Assembly (NCBI GenBank): GCA_035390885.1
Contig: DAOOUW010000002.1
Location: 12,092 to 76,091 of the forward strand
Length of the DNA: 64,000 nucleotides
Origin: Bacteroidota bacterium
GTDB taxonomy: Bacteria > Bacteroidota > Ignavibacteria > UBA10030
Direction: 5' to 3'
The notes below the pieces were generated by a model. That model was not told the origin of the DNA. It ran no database searches and saw only the letters and a program-made list of their open reading frames with translations. Below, one piece after another: positions 28,299 through 38,146 of the stretch. Each line of letters begins with the position of its first letter. Position 1 is the stretch's first letter. Made by a program: the position numbers and the translations under genes.

Positions 28299-30164
28299 AT
28301 GAATATAAAAACGGGTATTTTTTTTGATATGAGTCCATCGAAAATTTTCTTCAGATTATCGAAATATATCTTCAAATATAAGTGGCGAATCCTTGGTGGG
28401 TTAATTTCAGTAGCTATTATGAGTGGGGCAGATACCGCTTCAGCGTTCCTTATCGCTCGGCTCGTTGAGGTGCTGCAAACAATTGGACAACAAGTACGTG
28501 CAGGACAGGAAATACTTGTTCAAGTTCCACCGATTAAATTCTTAGACATCACTCTCTTCAATTTTACTATTCACGGAAAAGCAGAGAGCTTTCAACTTAT
28601 CTTTCGTTTTGCAATCGCCGTCATCATCATCATTTTTATTAAAGTGCTCTTTGTCTACGCTCGAGAATATTTGATGAGCTCGGTTCAACAAAAACTTCTC
28701 ATGCGATTCAGGATTGAGTTATACAATACGATCGTTGCATTGCCGGTTAGATATTTCGATGTACATAAAACTGGATTCATTATGTCTCGATTTACAAACG
28801 ATGTCAATAATCTTGAGCAGGCAATGTCGTTGATGATCGAGATAGCTCAGAATTGCGTTTACTCGCTCATTTTTGCGACAGCGCTTTTTTATACTAACTG
28901 GAAGCTCACGATTGCTACAATCTTAATATTTGCTCTCTCTGGCGAAATATCGCGCCGATTCGGCGATAAAATTCGCTCTTATAGTCGTGATCTTACGAAT
29001 ACATTAGCTGATATTTCAGCTTTCTTGCAGGAAAAAATTTCGGCAGCTCGAGTTGTGAAATCATTTACACGTGAAGAATTCGAGAAGAAAAACTTTAAGC
29101 AAAAAGTCGAAAGCAATTATCATTACTCGATGAAGATTGTACGTGTTATTGCGCTATTAAGTCCGACGAATGAACTTTTCAACACAACTGCTACTTCTTT
29201 GTTGGTGATCTTTTGCGGATATCTCTTCATTCAGGGCGCTATGACTATTGAATCTATGATTTTCTTTTTACTTCTAATGATAAACCTTGCCAAGCCGATA
29301 AAAGCGCTTGGTGAAAGTATAGCACGGGTTCAAAAGTCATTGGTTTCTGCTGGCTATATCTTTGAAATCCTCGATCTCAATCGTGAGCCTCTCGATGATG
29401 AAAAACCGGCATTTCAGATTACTCGAGGCGAAGTTGAATTCCGTAATGTTACGTTTTCCTATAACAATGAAACGGAAGCTCTCCATAATATCAATTTGCA
29501 TGTTCTTCCAGGTGAAAAAATTGCTCTCGTTGGTCCAAGTGGAAGTGGCAAAAGTACGCTGATCAATTTGATTCCTCGATTCTATGAATTACAACAAGGT
29601 GAAATTTTGATTGATGGTTGTAATATCAATGATATGAATCTTCATTCTCTCCGCAGTCAAATTGCACTTGTGCCGCAGGATATCGTACTTTTTGCTGGAA
29701 CTATTTATGACAATATTAAATATGGGAAGCTTGAAGCTACTTCTGAAGAAGTATATGAAGCTGCTCGATTAGCAAATGCACACGAATTTATTTTAACTTT
29801 TGACAAAGGATATGAAACAGAAGTGGGTGAGCGCGGTGTTCAACTCTCTGGCGGACAACGACAGAGAATCGCCATAGCCCGGGCAATACTCCGAAATCCA
29901 AAAATCTTACTCCTCGATGAAGCGACATCAGCGCTCGACACTGAAACAGAATTGTTGGTGCAAGATGCAATCAACAAGCTGATGAAAGATAGAACATCAT
30001 TTGTCATTGCTCATAGACTTTCGACAATTGCAGATTGTGATCGAATTGTTGTCCTCGATAGGGGAGAAATCGTTGAAGTTGGAACTCACGAAGAATTAAT
30101 TCAAAACGAGAACGGTATTTACAAACGTCTTCATACACTCCAATTTAACATTGACGAATCGTGA
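28299..30164 (+). CDS. ABC transporter permease/ATPase, MsbA-like lipid exporter
   Basis: Six-TM domain plus an NBD with Walker A GPSGSGKST, signature LSGGQRQR and Walker B LLLDEATSALD. It is followed by LPS-core genes. Confidence 0.85.
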   Translation: MNIKTGIFFDMSPSKIFFRLSKYIFKYKWRILGGLISVAIMSGADTASAFLIARLVEVLQTIGQQVRAGQEILVQVPPIKFLDITLFNFTIHGKAESFQLIFRFAIAVIIIIFIKVLFVYAREYLMSSVQQKLLMRFRIELYNTIVALPVRYFDVHKTGFIMSRFTNDVNNLEQAMSLMIEIAQNCVYSLIFATALFYTNWKLTIATILIFALSGEISRRFGDKIRSYSRDLTNTLADISAFLQEKISAARVVKSFTREEFEKKNFKQKVESNYHYSMKIVRVIALLSPTNELFNTTATSLLVIFCGYLFIQGAMTIESMIFFLLLMINLAKPIKALGESIARVQKSLVSAGYIFEILDLNREPLDDEKPAFQITRGEVEFRNVTFSYNNETEALHNINLHVLPGEKIALVGPSGSGKSTLINLIPRFYELQQGEILIDGCNINDMNLHSLRSQIALVPQDIVLFAGTIYDNIKYGKLEATSEEVYEAARLANAHEFILTFDKGYETEVGERGVQLSGGQRQRIAIARAILRNPKILLLDEATSALDTETELLVQDAINKLMKDRTSFVIAHRLSTIADCDRIVVLDRGEIVEVGTHEELIQNENGIYKRLHTLQFNIDES

Positions 30165-31261
30165 AAGATCCTCTCTACAAACGTATAGAGCTATGGTTTC
30201 GACGAATGCTGATCAAAATGCTTGGGACTATAGTTCACCGAAGAAAATCAACTGCACTTCCAAGTAAAGCCGAAAATGGAAAGTATCTCTTTATTCGTCA
30301 GGACAGGATCGGCGATGTACTTGTTTCTACTCCGTTGTTCCGACTTTTAAAATTAAGATTTCCAAATGCAACGATCGATGTGCTCTTGAGCAAAAATAAT
30401 GAGTTTGTGTTAGCAAATAATCCTCACATCCGAAAAAGATGGATTTACACAAAAAAGGTAGGCGATACACTACGACTCATCCATGCTCTTCGAAAAGAAC
30501 ACTATGACTATGCCATCGACCTCATTGATAATCCATCGGCAACTTCAACAATTGCGTGCTTACTCTCTGGTGCAAGAACTACAATCGGGCTCGATAAAGA
30601 AAATAGTTATGCGTATGATATTTCCGTTCCGCTACCTTCAAGAAAAGAGACACATATCGTCGAACGGTTAGCGCAACTTTTAACGCCGTTCGGCATTTCT
30701 CCTGGGCCAGATGAACTTATCATCGAATATTTTCCATCGAATGATTCCCGAAATTTTGCAAATCAGTTCTTAGGAAATGCGAAGTTAAAAGACAAAAAAT
30801 TAATCGGCATCAATATTTCTGCCGGTGGAAATGTTCGATTCTGGGGAGTAGAAAATTTTAAGAAACTTATTCGGTACCTCGAAAACAATTATCCTGCATA
30901 TCAAAATTTGCTGCTCTATAACTCGGATTATTCTGAAAAAGCGCTTGAAATAGGCGCTCATTTTAGTTCTGTTACCTTGTCTCCAATAACCCACACCTTC
31001 GACCAATTTGCTGCACTAATCGAAAAGGTAGAGCTTCTTATAACACCTGATACATCTGCAGTACACCTTGCCGCTGCTTTTTCTATTCCGTCTGTTGTAC
31101 TCTATGTTCAATCTAACCCAAATTTACGGATTTGGGAACCTTACCGTACCCCCTGTGAACCGGTTGTTACCAATGTAGATGACCTTACGACAATTACTGT
31201 CGAAGAAGTAATCAAAGCTGTTGATCATCTCTTCAAAAGAACATCAAAGTTGATTTCATGA
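30161..31261 (+). CDS. Family 9 glycosyltransferase (heptosyltransferase-like)
   Basis: KYLFIRQDRIGDVLVSTPLFRLLK N-terminus and the C-terminal motif LLITPDTSAVHLAAAFSIPSVVLY. The GTG start overlaps the msbA-like stop. Confidence 0.75.
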   Translation: MKDPLYKRIELWFRRMLIKMLGTIVHRRKSTALPSKAENGKYLFIRQDRIGDVLVSTPLFRLLKLRFPNATIDVLLSKNNEFVLANNPHIRKRWIYTKKVGDTLRLIHALRKEHYDYAIDLIDNPSATSTIACLLSGARTTIGLDKENSYAYDISVPLPSRKETHIVERLAQLLTPFGISPGPDELIIEYFPSNDSRNFANQFLGNAKLKDKKLIGINISAGGNVRFWGVENFKKLIRYLENNYPAYQNLLLYNSDYSEKALEIGAHFSSVTLSPITHTFDQFAALIEKVELLITPDTSAVHLAAAFSIPSVVLYVQSNPNLRIWEPYRTPCEPVVTNVDDLTTITVEEVIKAVDHLFKRTSKLIS

Positions 31262-32388
31262 AAAACATTCTTTCTTCACTTGAATCATTCTGGAGACATG
31301 GATTTGTATATCCAATATTGCGACAGATTTTACATAATCCACCGATAAACTACCCAATCGAACTATCATCGAACAACAAAATCTTGATCTTTCGTCATGA
31401 TAGAATTGGCGATATGATTGTAACGACTCCGATATTGAAATATTTAAAAACGCACTTTCCCAACATTTCAATTGGAATATTGGCAAGTGAAAAGAATGTC
31501 GAAATCATTAAATACAATCCTTATGTCAATGATATCTATGTGCTTTCTAGACGAAGAATAAAATCGCTCAATGAATTACTTCGTGCTCGAAAACAAAACT
31601 ATGATGTTATTCTGAACCTTGTTTTCAATCGAACTACAAGCTGTGGATTGCTTGCCTATTTCATTGCACCACACGCTATTAAAGTTGGACAGGGACTTGA
31701 TAAATATTGGTTTTATTTTAATATATTTTTGAAGCTCCAACGAAATGAAAAACATATGGCACAAACAATTGCTGAGATCGTCGAGGAGGTGTTTGGCGTT
31801 TCAATTCCTGATAGTGAGCTGGAATTTGAAATTCCATTCGATAACGCAACTGAAGGAAGAGTTTTAGAGTTTCTCAATTCAAGATTTTCGTTTATCGAAG
31901 AGCACAAACGATTTCACTGCGTGCTTGTAAATCTTTCTGCGGTGGATTTTGCACGTCGAATTTCACTTTTACAAGCAAGATCTATTATCGATCGGTTGTA
32001 TGAGTGCAATTTCCCTTGCATTGTGCTTAAAGACCCAGCGGACAGAGAGATGGAAAAATTAGCATTGGAATGTCAAAAGAAAAATCTATGTACTATTTTC
32101 CCTTCTTCTGGTGCTGCATCTTTGCTCGAAATTGCTGCATTGATTAAATATGTCAGAGGTGTAATTACTCCGGATACGTCTATTGTTCACTTTGCCTCTG
32201 CAATGAAAACTCCAGTTCTCGCTTTCTACACACCGACGCAAGAATGGAAAGAGTGGCAGCCATGGAAAGTTTCCTTCATCTCTGTCGTTGCTTCTAATAA
32301 TCAATCGGTTAGCACAATTCCTGATTCGACAATAAAGGAACGATTGAATGATTTTATCACAACGATTACAAAGGAAATCAATAAATAA
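31258..32388 (+). CDS. Family 9 glycosyltransferase (heptosyltransferase-like), paralogue
   Basis: ILIFRHDRIGDMIVTTPILKYLK and GVITPDTSIVHFASAMKTPVLAFY. ATGA overlap with the upstream GT9. Confidence 0.75.
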   Translation: MKNILSSLESFWRHGFVYPILRQILHNPPINYPIELSSNNKILIFRHDRIGDMIVTTPILKYLKTHFPNISIGILASEKNVEIIKYNPYVNDIYVLSRRRIKSLNELLRARKQNYDVILNLVFNRTTSCGLLAYFIAPHAIKVGQGLDKYWFYFNIFLKLQRNEKHMAQTIAEIVEEVFGVSIPDSELEFEIPFDNATEGRVLEFLNSRFSFIEEHKRFHCVLVNLSAVDFARRISLLQARSIIDRLYECNFPCIVLKDPADREMEKLALECQKKNLCTIFPSSGAASLLEIAALIKYVRGVITPDTSIVHFASAMKTPVLAFYTPTQEWKEWQPWKVSFISVVASNNQSVSTIPDSTIKERLNDFITTITKEINK

Positions 32389-32503
32389 AATTTCCGTAAA
32401 AATAATGTAAGCTATTTGGGCATCAATTAAAATTCAATAAACGAAGAAAATAGCTATTTAGAAAAATATTAGCATTGCGATTGCAATAAAAAAGGATTGA
32501 GAA

Positions 32504-33670
32504 ATGATATCGAGTAGATTTGACCAAAAATATATTATGGTTTTTCTTTCAATATTTGCAATAAGCTTTTTACTTTCTATTGCTTTAATGCAATTTATTG
32601 CAGCAACGCTTTTTATTCTTTGGATTTTTGAAAAAAATTCCGAGAAGAGAAAGTCTTTTGACCAGATTACTGCATTTATTTTTTTATTTGGCTTAGTTCG
32701 GTTAATCACGATCTTTTTATCTGAATATCCACAAACAAGTTACGAGGCTATTTATAAGGAAGCTTTGTTCTATACTTCTGCTGTAGCAGTTCCGTTTTAT
32801 TTAAAAAATTTGGATAAACAAAATTTGCTAAAATTAGTTCTCGTTTTTATTCTTGGCGCTGCAGTAGTGTCTGTTATCGGAAGTATTAGATTTTTTGTTG
32901 GCTCTGTTGAACGTGCACAAACATTTTCTTCCGGTTACACAGCATTTTCTGGTTATTTGTTGTCATCACTCGCGGCAGCCCTGTTCTATCCAAAGAAAAT
33001 CAACAGTATGAAAGGAATCCTATTTTGGTCAATCGTATATGCTGTCATTTTCATCGGACTAATTACATCACTTGGAAGAGCAAACATCGCAATTGCAGTA
33101 TTCGTTTTTGCTGTGGCGCTTCTTTTTAAACAAATTCCTTTAAAACAGATTATTGTACTTGGAGTGATTGGACTGATTACATTTGGAATCTACCTTGTTC
33201 ACCCATCGGAATTAATCGAAAATCGGGTAGGAAACATTACTTATCTTTCCGAACGCGATATTATCTGGCAAGGAGCAAAAGAAATTAGTTTACAACATCC
33301 ATTGTTGGGATTTGGTCCTAGGACATTTCGGCAAATATTTCCATTTAAAGAAGAATTTGTTGATAAAAAAATTGGCAGTTGGCATAATGATTTTTTACAG
33401 ATTTATTTTGAAAGTGGAATATTGGGATTAATTGCCTATTTGAGTTTACTCTGGATTATAATCAAAACTTCGGTTAGTCATTTCCGGAATAACAATATTG
33501 ATCCTGAATTAAAATCTTTATCCCGAGCTGCTTTAATTTCTATTATTGCATTATTATTGTCATCTTTGACATCAGGATTTATGACTACGGCTGTACTTTC
33601 AATGGTTTTCATTTTTCTTGTTTCTTTGATTTCAAGGATAGATTTTGAAGTCAGTAATTTTTCACACTGA
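32504..33670 (+). CDS. O-antigen ligase (Wzy_C/WaaL-like) family membrane protein
   Basis: About 10-12 TM helices. The loop LGRANIAIAVF...GFGPRTFRQIF...WHNDFLQIYFESGILGL matches the Wzy_C pattern (conserved R and H residues). Confidence 0.7.
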   Translation: MISSRFDQKYIMVFLSIFAISFLLSIALMQFIAATLFILWIFEKNSEKRKSFDQITAFIFLFGLVRLITIFLSEYPQTSYEAIYKEALFYTSAVAVPFYLKNLDKQNLLKLVLVFILGAAVVSVIGSIRFFVGSVERAQTFSSGYTAFSGYLLSSLAAALFYPKKINSMKGILFWSIVYAVIFIGLITSLGRANIAIAVFVFAVALLFKQIPLKQIIVLGVIGLITFGIYLVHPSELIENRVGNITYLSERDIIWQGAKEISLQHPLLGFGPRTFRQIFPFKEEFVDKKIGSWHNDFLQIYFESGILGLIAYLSLLWIIIKTSVSHFRNNNIDPELKSLSRAALISIIALLLSSLTSGFMTTAVLSMVFIFLVSLISRIDFEVSNFSH

Positions 33671-33905
33671 AATTTGCTTGAGCTAAGTGTGAAGTTAAAA
33701 TTCATAGTATATTACATCTTGTATTAGATAAATCGGAATTGCATTTTCCGTCATTGTTGTAACAAGATGTTTTATTTTATTTCCAAACTCCATTTCTTGA
33801 TTCTCCATTAAAAAACCAATATCTTGACACATAATTTAAGGGCATTGCTGATCTTCTTTGGAGAGCAGCGATGCTATTATTTTATCGAATAACATTATAG
33901 ACTGA

Positions 33906-35228
33906 ATGAAAAAGAAATTACAATCATCAAGTACGGCGACATTTATTCGTACATCCCGTTCTTCTGCAATCGAAGCAGGTTCATATCAAAAGACGATCTT
34001 AGAAAATGGCGTCAGAGTTGTTTCTGAATACATTCCCTATGTACATTCGGTATCGCTGGGAATGTGGATAACAGTTGGTTCTCGCTATGAAACAGAATTG
34101 AATAATGGAATTACACACTTTATCGAACATATTGCATTTAAGGGAACAAACAAACGAACCGCTGCAGCTATTGCCAAAAGCCTTGAACAGGTAGGAGGTT
34201 ATCTGAATGCATATACGAGCAAAGAGCACACCTGTTTCTATGCGCGAGTTCTGGATGAATACGCCCCTTTGGCATTTGATGTACTCGCGGATCTTATCAC
34301 GAATGCCACTCTAAAGCCGAAAGATATCGAAAAAGAAAAACTTGTCGTGATTGAAGAAATTAAACAGATGGAAGATGACCCTCTTGATTGTGTTCACGAA
34401 TACTTTGAACAAGAAGTCTATCAAAATCATCCTCTACATTTTCCAATACTTGGTTCACCTAAAAACATTGAATCGTTTACACAAGAGGAGATAATTGAAT
34501 TCTACCACAAGTACTACAATGCTCAAAATATTATTGTGGCATCGGCGGGCAACCTCAAACATGATGAATTACTTAATTTGTGCAACAAAAATTTTAAAAA
34601 AAATCCGAATTATTTAAGTTTACTTCATAACGACACCGATGCAGTAGTTCCTCAACAGCGCAGTGTAGAAATTCTAAAGCCAATCCAGCAGACACATATT
34701 TGTATAGGTACTATCGGATACGGCGCAAAACACGATAAAAGGTTTGCGTCACAAGTTTTGAATACTTTTCTTGGAGAAGGAATGAGTTCGCGATTATTTC
34801 AAAACATACGGGAACGATACGGGATTGCTTACTCAGTGTATAGCTTCAATAATCAAATGTCCGATACAGGAACCGTAGGAGTATATATTGCAACAGATCC
34901 ATCACAAGCTGAAAGATGTATTGAATTGGTGTGGAATGAACTTGAGAAAATAAAATCTGGCCTCATTTCAAAAGCGTTATTGCAACGGACAAAAACACAA
35001 ATTAAAGGAAATTTATTGTTAGGCTTGGAAAGTGTCTCAAATAGAATGAGTCATATTGCATCCAATGAATTGTACTATGGGCAATTTATTCCATTAGAAG
35101 AAATGCTGAATTCAATCGAAGCTGTAACTCTTGACGATATAATTCAAGTTGGACAAGAACTCTATCAACCATCACGAACATTATTATTACTTTTACGTCC
35201 AGATACAACAATTGAGGCGCTTCGATGA
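33906..35228 (+). CDS. M16 family (pitrilysin/insulinase-like) zinc peptidase
   Basis: Inverted zinc motif HFIEH, followed by EQVGGYLNAYTSKEHT. 440 aa. Confidence 0.85.
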   Translation: MKKKLQSSSTATFIRTSRSSAIEAGSYQKTILENGVRVVSEYIPYVHSVSLGMWITVGSRYETELNNGITHFIEHIAFKGTNKRTAAAIAKSLEQVGGYLNAYTSKEHTCFYARVLDEYAPLAFDVLADLITNATLKPKDIEKEKLVVIEEIKQMEDDPLDCVHEYFEQEVYQNHPLHFPILGSPKNIESFTQEEIIEFYHKYYNAQNIIVASAGNLKHDELLNLCNKNFKKNPNYLSLLHNDTDAVVPQQRSVEILKPIQQTHICIGTIGYGAKHDKRFASQVLNTFLGEGMSSRLFQNIRERYGIAYSVYSFNNQMSDTGTVGVYIATDPSQAERCIELVWNELEKIKSGLISKALLQRTKTQIKGNLLLGLESVSNRMSHIASNELYYGQFIPLEEMLNSIEAVTLDDIIQVGQELYQPSRTLLLLLRPDTTIEALR

Positions 35229-36451
35229 CAGTAGAACAAACAAAGGAATATACAAAACCGTCTATATCAACACGAGGAAGAGAAGTACAAGGTTCTCCAA
35301 TTCGTAAACTTGCATCTGTCGCCGAAGCACGAAAAAAGACTGGAATCACAGTTTATCATCTTAATATCGGTCAGCCAGATTTACCTTCGCCAGAGGTCAT
35401 TGAAACTTTTCTTCATCAGATCAATCGCAGAACAATTGAGTATGCTCCTTCAAATGGGATGAGTGAAATTCTGGCGGCTTGGAAAATGTATTTTGCACAT
35501 CACGACATTTTCTTTGACGAGAATGAAATGATTGTTACAACGGGAGGTTCTGAAGGACTGCTCTTTGCTCTTAACGCAGTATGCGATTCAGGAGATGAAG
35601 TATTAGTATTTGAGCCATTCTATACAAATTATAATGGCTTTGCTTCTCTTGCCAATGTTAAACTTACTCCAATTGAATTACACATTGACAATAAGTTTGC
35701 ATTGCCGACAAAAGAAGAAATTGAAAAACATATTACTCCGAGAACAAAAGGAATGCTGTTCTGTAATCCATCGAATCCTACCGGAAGAATTTTTACACCT
35801 GAAGAACTCCATCGGTTAGCAACGATAGCCATAGAACATAATTTATTTATGATCTCAGATGAAGTATATCGTGAATTTTCGTATGATCGACAACCTGAGA
35901 GTATTGCCCACTTAGCTGAAGTAAAAGATAGAACAATTTTAGTTGATAGTTGCTCAAAACGATTTAATGTCTGTGGAGCACGCGTAGGTGTTCTGGCTAC
36001 GAAGAATCAGGAAGTATATGATGCGGTGTTAAAATTTAGTATGGCGCGTTTGTCAGTTGCAACAATCGAACAATTGGCTATGGTTCCATTATTACAAGAA
36101 CCAGAACGATACACAAAACCAATTGTTGAAGAATTTCATCGCCGTCGTGATGCAGTTTATGAATCATTAGGCACACTTAACGGTGTAACGTACTATAAAC
36201 CTGAAGGAGCTTTCTACATTGTCGTCGGTTTACCGGTCGAAGATGCTGAACACTTTTCTCGCTGGATGATAGAAGAATTCGAAGACAATAATGAAACGGT
36301 ACTCCTTGCTCCTGCCGCAGGATTCTATGCGACGCCCGGAAAGGGGAAGAACGAAGTGCGTATTGCATTTATGCTTACGGCACCTAACCTAATTCGTTCG
36401 ATTTCCTTGATTGGAATCGCACTGGAGCAATATAGAAAACTCTATCCTTGA
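35225..36451 (+). CDS. Class I/II pyridoxal-phosphate aminotransferase (aspartate aminotransferase-like)
   Basis: GQPDLPSP, NPSNPTG, and the PLP-lysine region SCSKRFNVCGARVG. ATGA overlap with the M16 gene. Confidence 0.85.
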   Translation: MTVEQTKEYTKPSISTRGREVQGSPIRKLASVAEARKKTGITVYHLNIGQPDLPSPEVIETFLHQINRRTIEYAPSNGMSEILAAWKMYFAHHDIFFDENEMIVTTGGSEGLLFALNAVCDSGDEVLVFEPFYTNYNGFASLANVKLTPIELHIDNKFALPTKEEIEKHITPRTKGMLFCNPSNPTGRIFTPEELHRLATIAIEHNLFMISDEVYREFSYDRQPESIAHLAEVKDRTILVDSCSKRFNVCGARVGVLATKNQEVYDAVLKFSMARLSVATIEQLAMVPLLQEPERYTKPIVEEFHRRRDAVYESLGTLNGVTYYKPEGAFYIVVGLPVEDAEHFSRWMIEEFEDNNETVLLAPAAGFYATPGKGKNEVRIAFMLTAPNLIRSISLIGIALEQYRKLYP

Positions 36452-36495
36452 AGTTGAACGATGACACTGTGTGTTTGAATTTAAATTCTACTATT

Positions 36496-36527
36496 TGTTG
36501 ATTTAAAAAATCAACAGCAGTATTTTT
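36496..36527 (+). terminator. Possible rho-independent terminator after the aminotransferase
   Basis: tgttgattt-aaa-aaatcaaca is a perfect 9-bp inverted repeat (AT-rich, so the effective loop is larger). It is followed by gcagtattttt. Confidence 0.35.
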
Positions 36528-36535
36528 GAATCACT

Positions 36536-38095
36536 ATGAAGGGGAAAGAGGCAATGTTCTCACAAATCTTAAGTGCAGCAACATTTGGAGTGGATGCAAA
36601 TATTGTTGAAGTCGAAACTCACCTTGATTCAAATGTTCCAAAATTTTTTATAGTAGGATTGCCGGATAATGCGGTAAAAGAAAGCATGCACCGTGTAACT
36701 GCCGCTATCAAGAATTCTGGATTCAAGTTCCCAAACAGACGTATCACGGTAAATCTTGCTCCTGCCGACATCAAAAAAGAAGGGTCGGCATACGATCTGC
36801 CAATTGCAATTGGTATTTTACTGGCATCAGAACAAATTCACAGCTCGGTGTCGAATCAATTTTTATTTTTAGGGGAGCTTGCGCTCGATGGCGCTGTTCG
36901 CCCAATCCATGGCGCTTTAGTCATTGCACTCGAAGGAAGAAATAAGGGAGTTCGAGGAATTCTGCTTCCTGAGGAAAATGCTCAGGAAGCAGCAATGGTT
37001 GAAGGTATTGAAGTCTATCCAATTCGTACGCTTCGCGAAGCTGTCGATTTCTTACAAAGTGAACATTCATTCCTTCAACCATTTGTTGTTGATATGGAAA
37101 AAGTGTTTTCGACTGAACAGCATTACACTCTTGATTTCTCTGATGTAAAAGGGCAGGAGAGCGTTAAAAGAGCGCTTGAGATAGCTGCTGCTGGAAGCCA
37201 CAACATCCTTTTAATTGGTCCGCCAGGTTCTGGGAAAACGATGCTTGCAAAAAGATTACCGACGATTCTTCCTCCATTAACATTCGAAGAGGCTCTTGAA
37301 ACAACGAAGATTCATTCTGTTGCAGGACTTCTTCCAATTCATTCTGCTTTGGTTGCTGTTCGACCATTTCGATCTCCGCATCACACTATTTCCGATTCAG
37401 CGCTTGTCGGCGGTGGAACAATTCCCCGTCCTGGTGAAATATCCCTTTCGCATCATGGTGTGCTATTTCTCGATGAACTTCCAGAATTTGCACGAAACGT
37501 TCTTGAAGTTATGCGCCAACCGCTTGAAGATGGAAAAGTAACTATCAGTCGCTCCAAAATGACCGTTGAATTTCCAGCAAACTTTATGCTCGTATGCGCT
37601 ATGAATCCCTGTCCCTGCGGAAACTATGGAAATCCACTTCAAGAATGCTCATGCACAACAACCCAGATTCAAAAATATGTGGGGAAAATTTCGGGACCTT
37701 TGCTCGATCGAATTGATATACACGTTGAAGTTCCAGCCGTCAGATATACTGAATTGTCATCACGCAAGAATGGTGAATCTTCATCTCAAATTCGGGAACG
37801 CGTTATTAAAGCAAGGAAAATACAAGAAGGACGATTTCGTTCAGTTCCAAAAGTTTTTAGCAATGCAGATATGCAGTCAAATGAAATTAAGAAATTCTGC
37901 GAACTCGATGCTCAAAGCGTCGAACTTCTCAAAAATGCAATGACAAAACTTGGTCTCTCAGCCCGTGCCTACGATCGAATTCTCAAAGTTAGCCGAACAA
38001 TCGCCGATCTCGATGGAAGCGAAGCTATATTATCTCATCACGTTAGCGAGGCAATTCAGTACAGGAGCCTTGACAGAACTTTTTACGCCCTCTAA
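36536..38095 (+). CDS. comM: YifB/ComM family Mg-chelatase-like AAA+ ATPase
   Basis: Lon-protease-like N-domain (VGLPDNAVKES..R), Walker A GPPGSGKTMLAKRL, GVLFLDELPEF, and a C-terminal zinc-ribbon-like CPCGNYG...C.C. An alternative start lies at 36554. Confidence 0.9.
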   Translation: MKGKEAMFSQILSAATFGVDANIVEVETHLDSNVPKFFIVGLPDNAVKESMHRVTAAIKNSGFKFPNRRITVNLAPADIKKEGSAYDLPIAIGILLASEQIHSSVSNQFLFLGELALDGAVRPIHGALVIALEGRNKGVRGILLPEENAQEAAMVEGIEVYPIRTLREAVDFLQSEHSFLQPFVVDMEKVFSTEQHYTLDFSDVKGQESVKRALEIAAAGSHNILLIGPPGSGKTMLAKRLPTILPPLTFEEALETTKIHSVAGLLPIHSALVAVRPFRSPHHTISDSALVGGGTIPRPGEISLSHHGVLFLDELPEFARNVLEVMRQPLEDGKVTISRSKMTVEFPANFMLVCAMNPCPCGNYGNPLQECSCTTTQIQKYVGKISGPLLDRIDIHVEVPAVRYTELSSRKNGESSSQIRERVIKARKIQEGRFRSVPKVFSNADMQSNEIKKFCELDAQSVELLKNAMTKLGLSARAYDRILKVSRTIADLDGSEAILSHHVSEAIQYRSLDRTFYAL

Positions 38096-38146
38096 ATTCT
38101 CCTGTTGTAAGTACTTTCGAGCTTTTGTATATTCTATTCAGGAACT

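Noticed and set aside
32389-32503. AGCTATTT...AAATAGCT inverted repeat (8 bp, about 33-nt loop) upstream of the O-antigen-ligase-like gene, considered as a terminator or riboswitch
   Set aside because: It has a short AT-rich stem, a large loop and no T-run. The evidence is insufficient.
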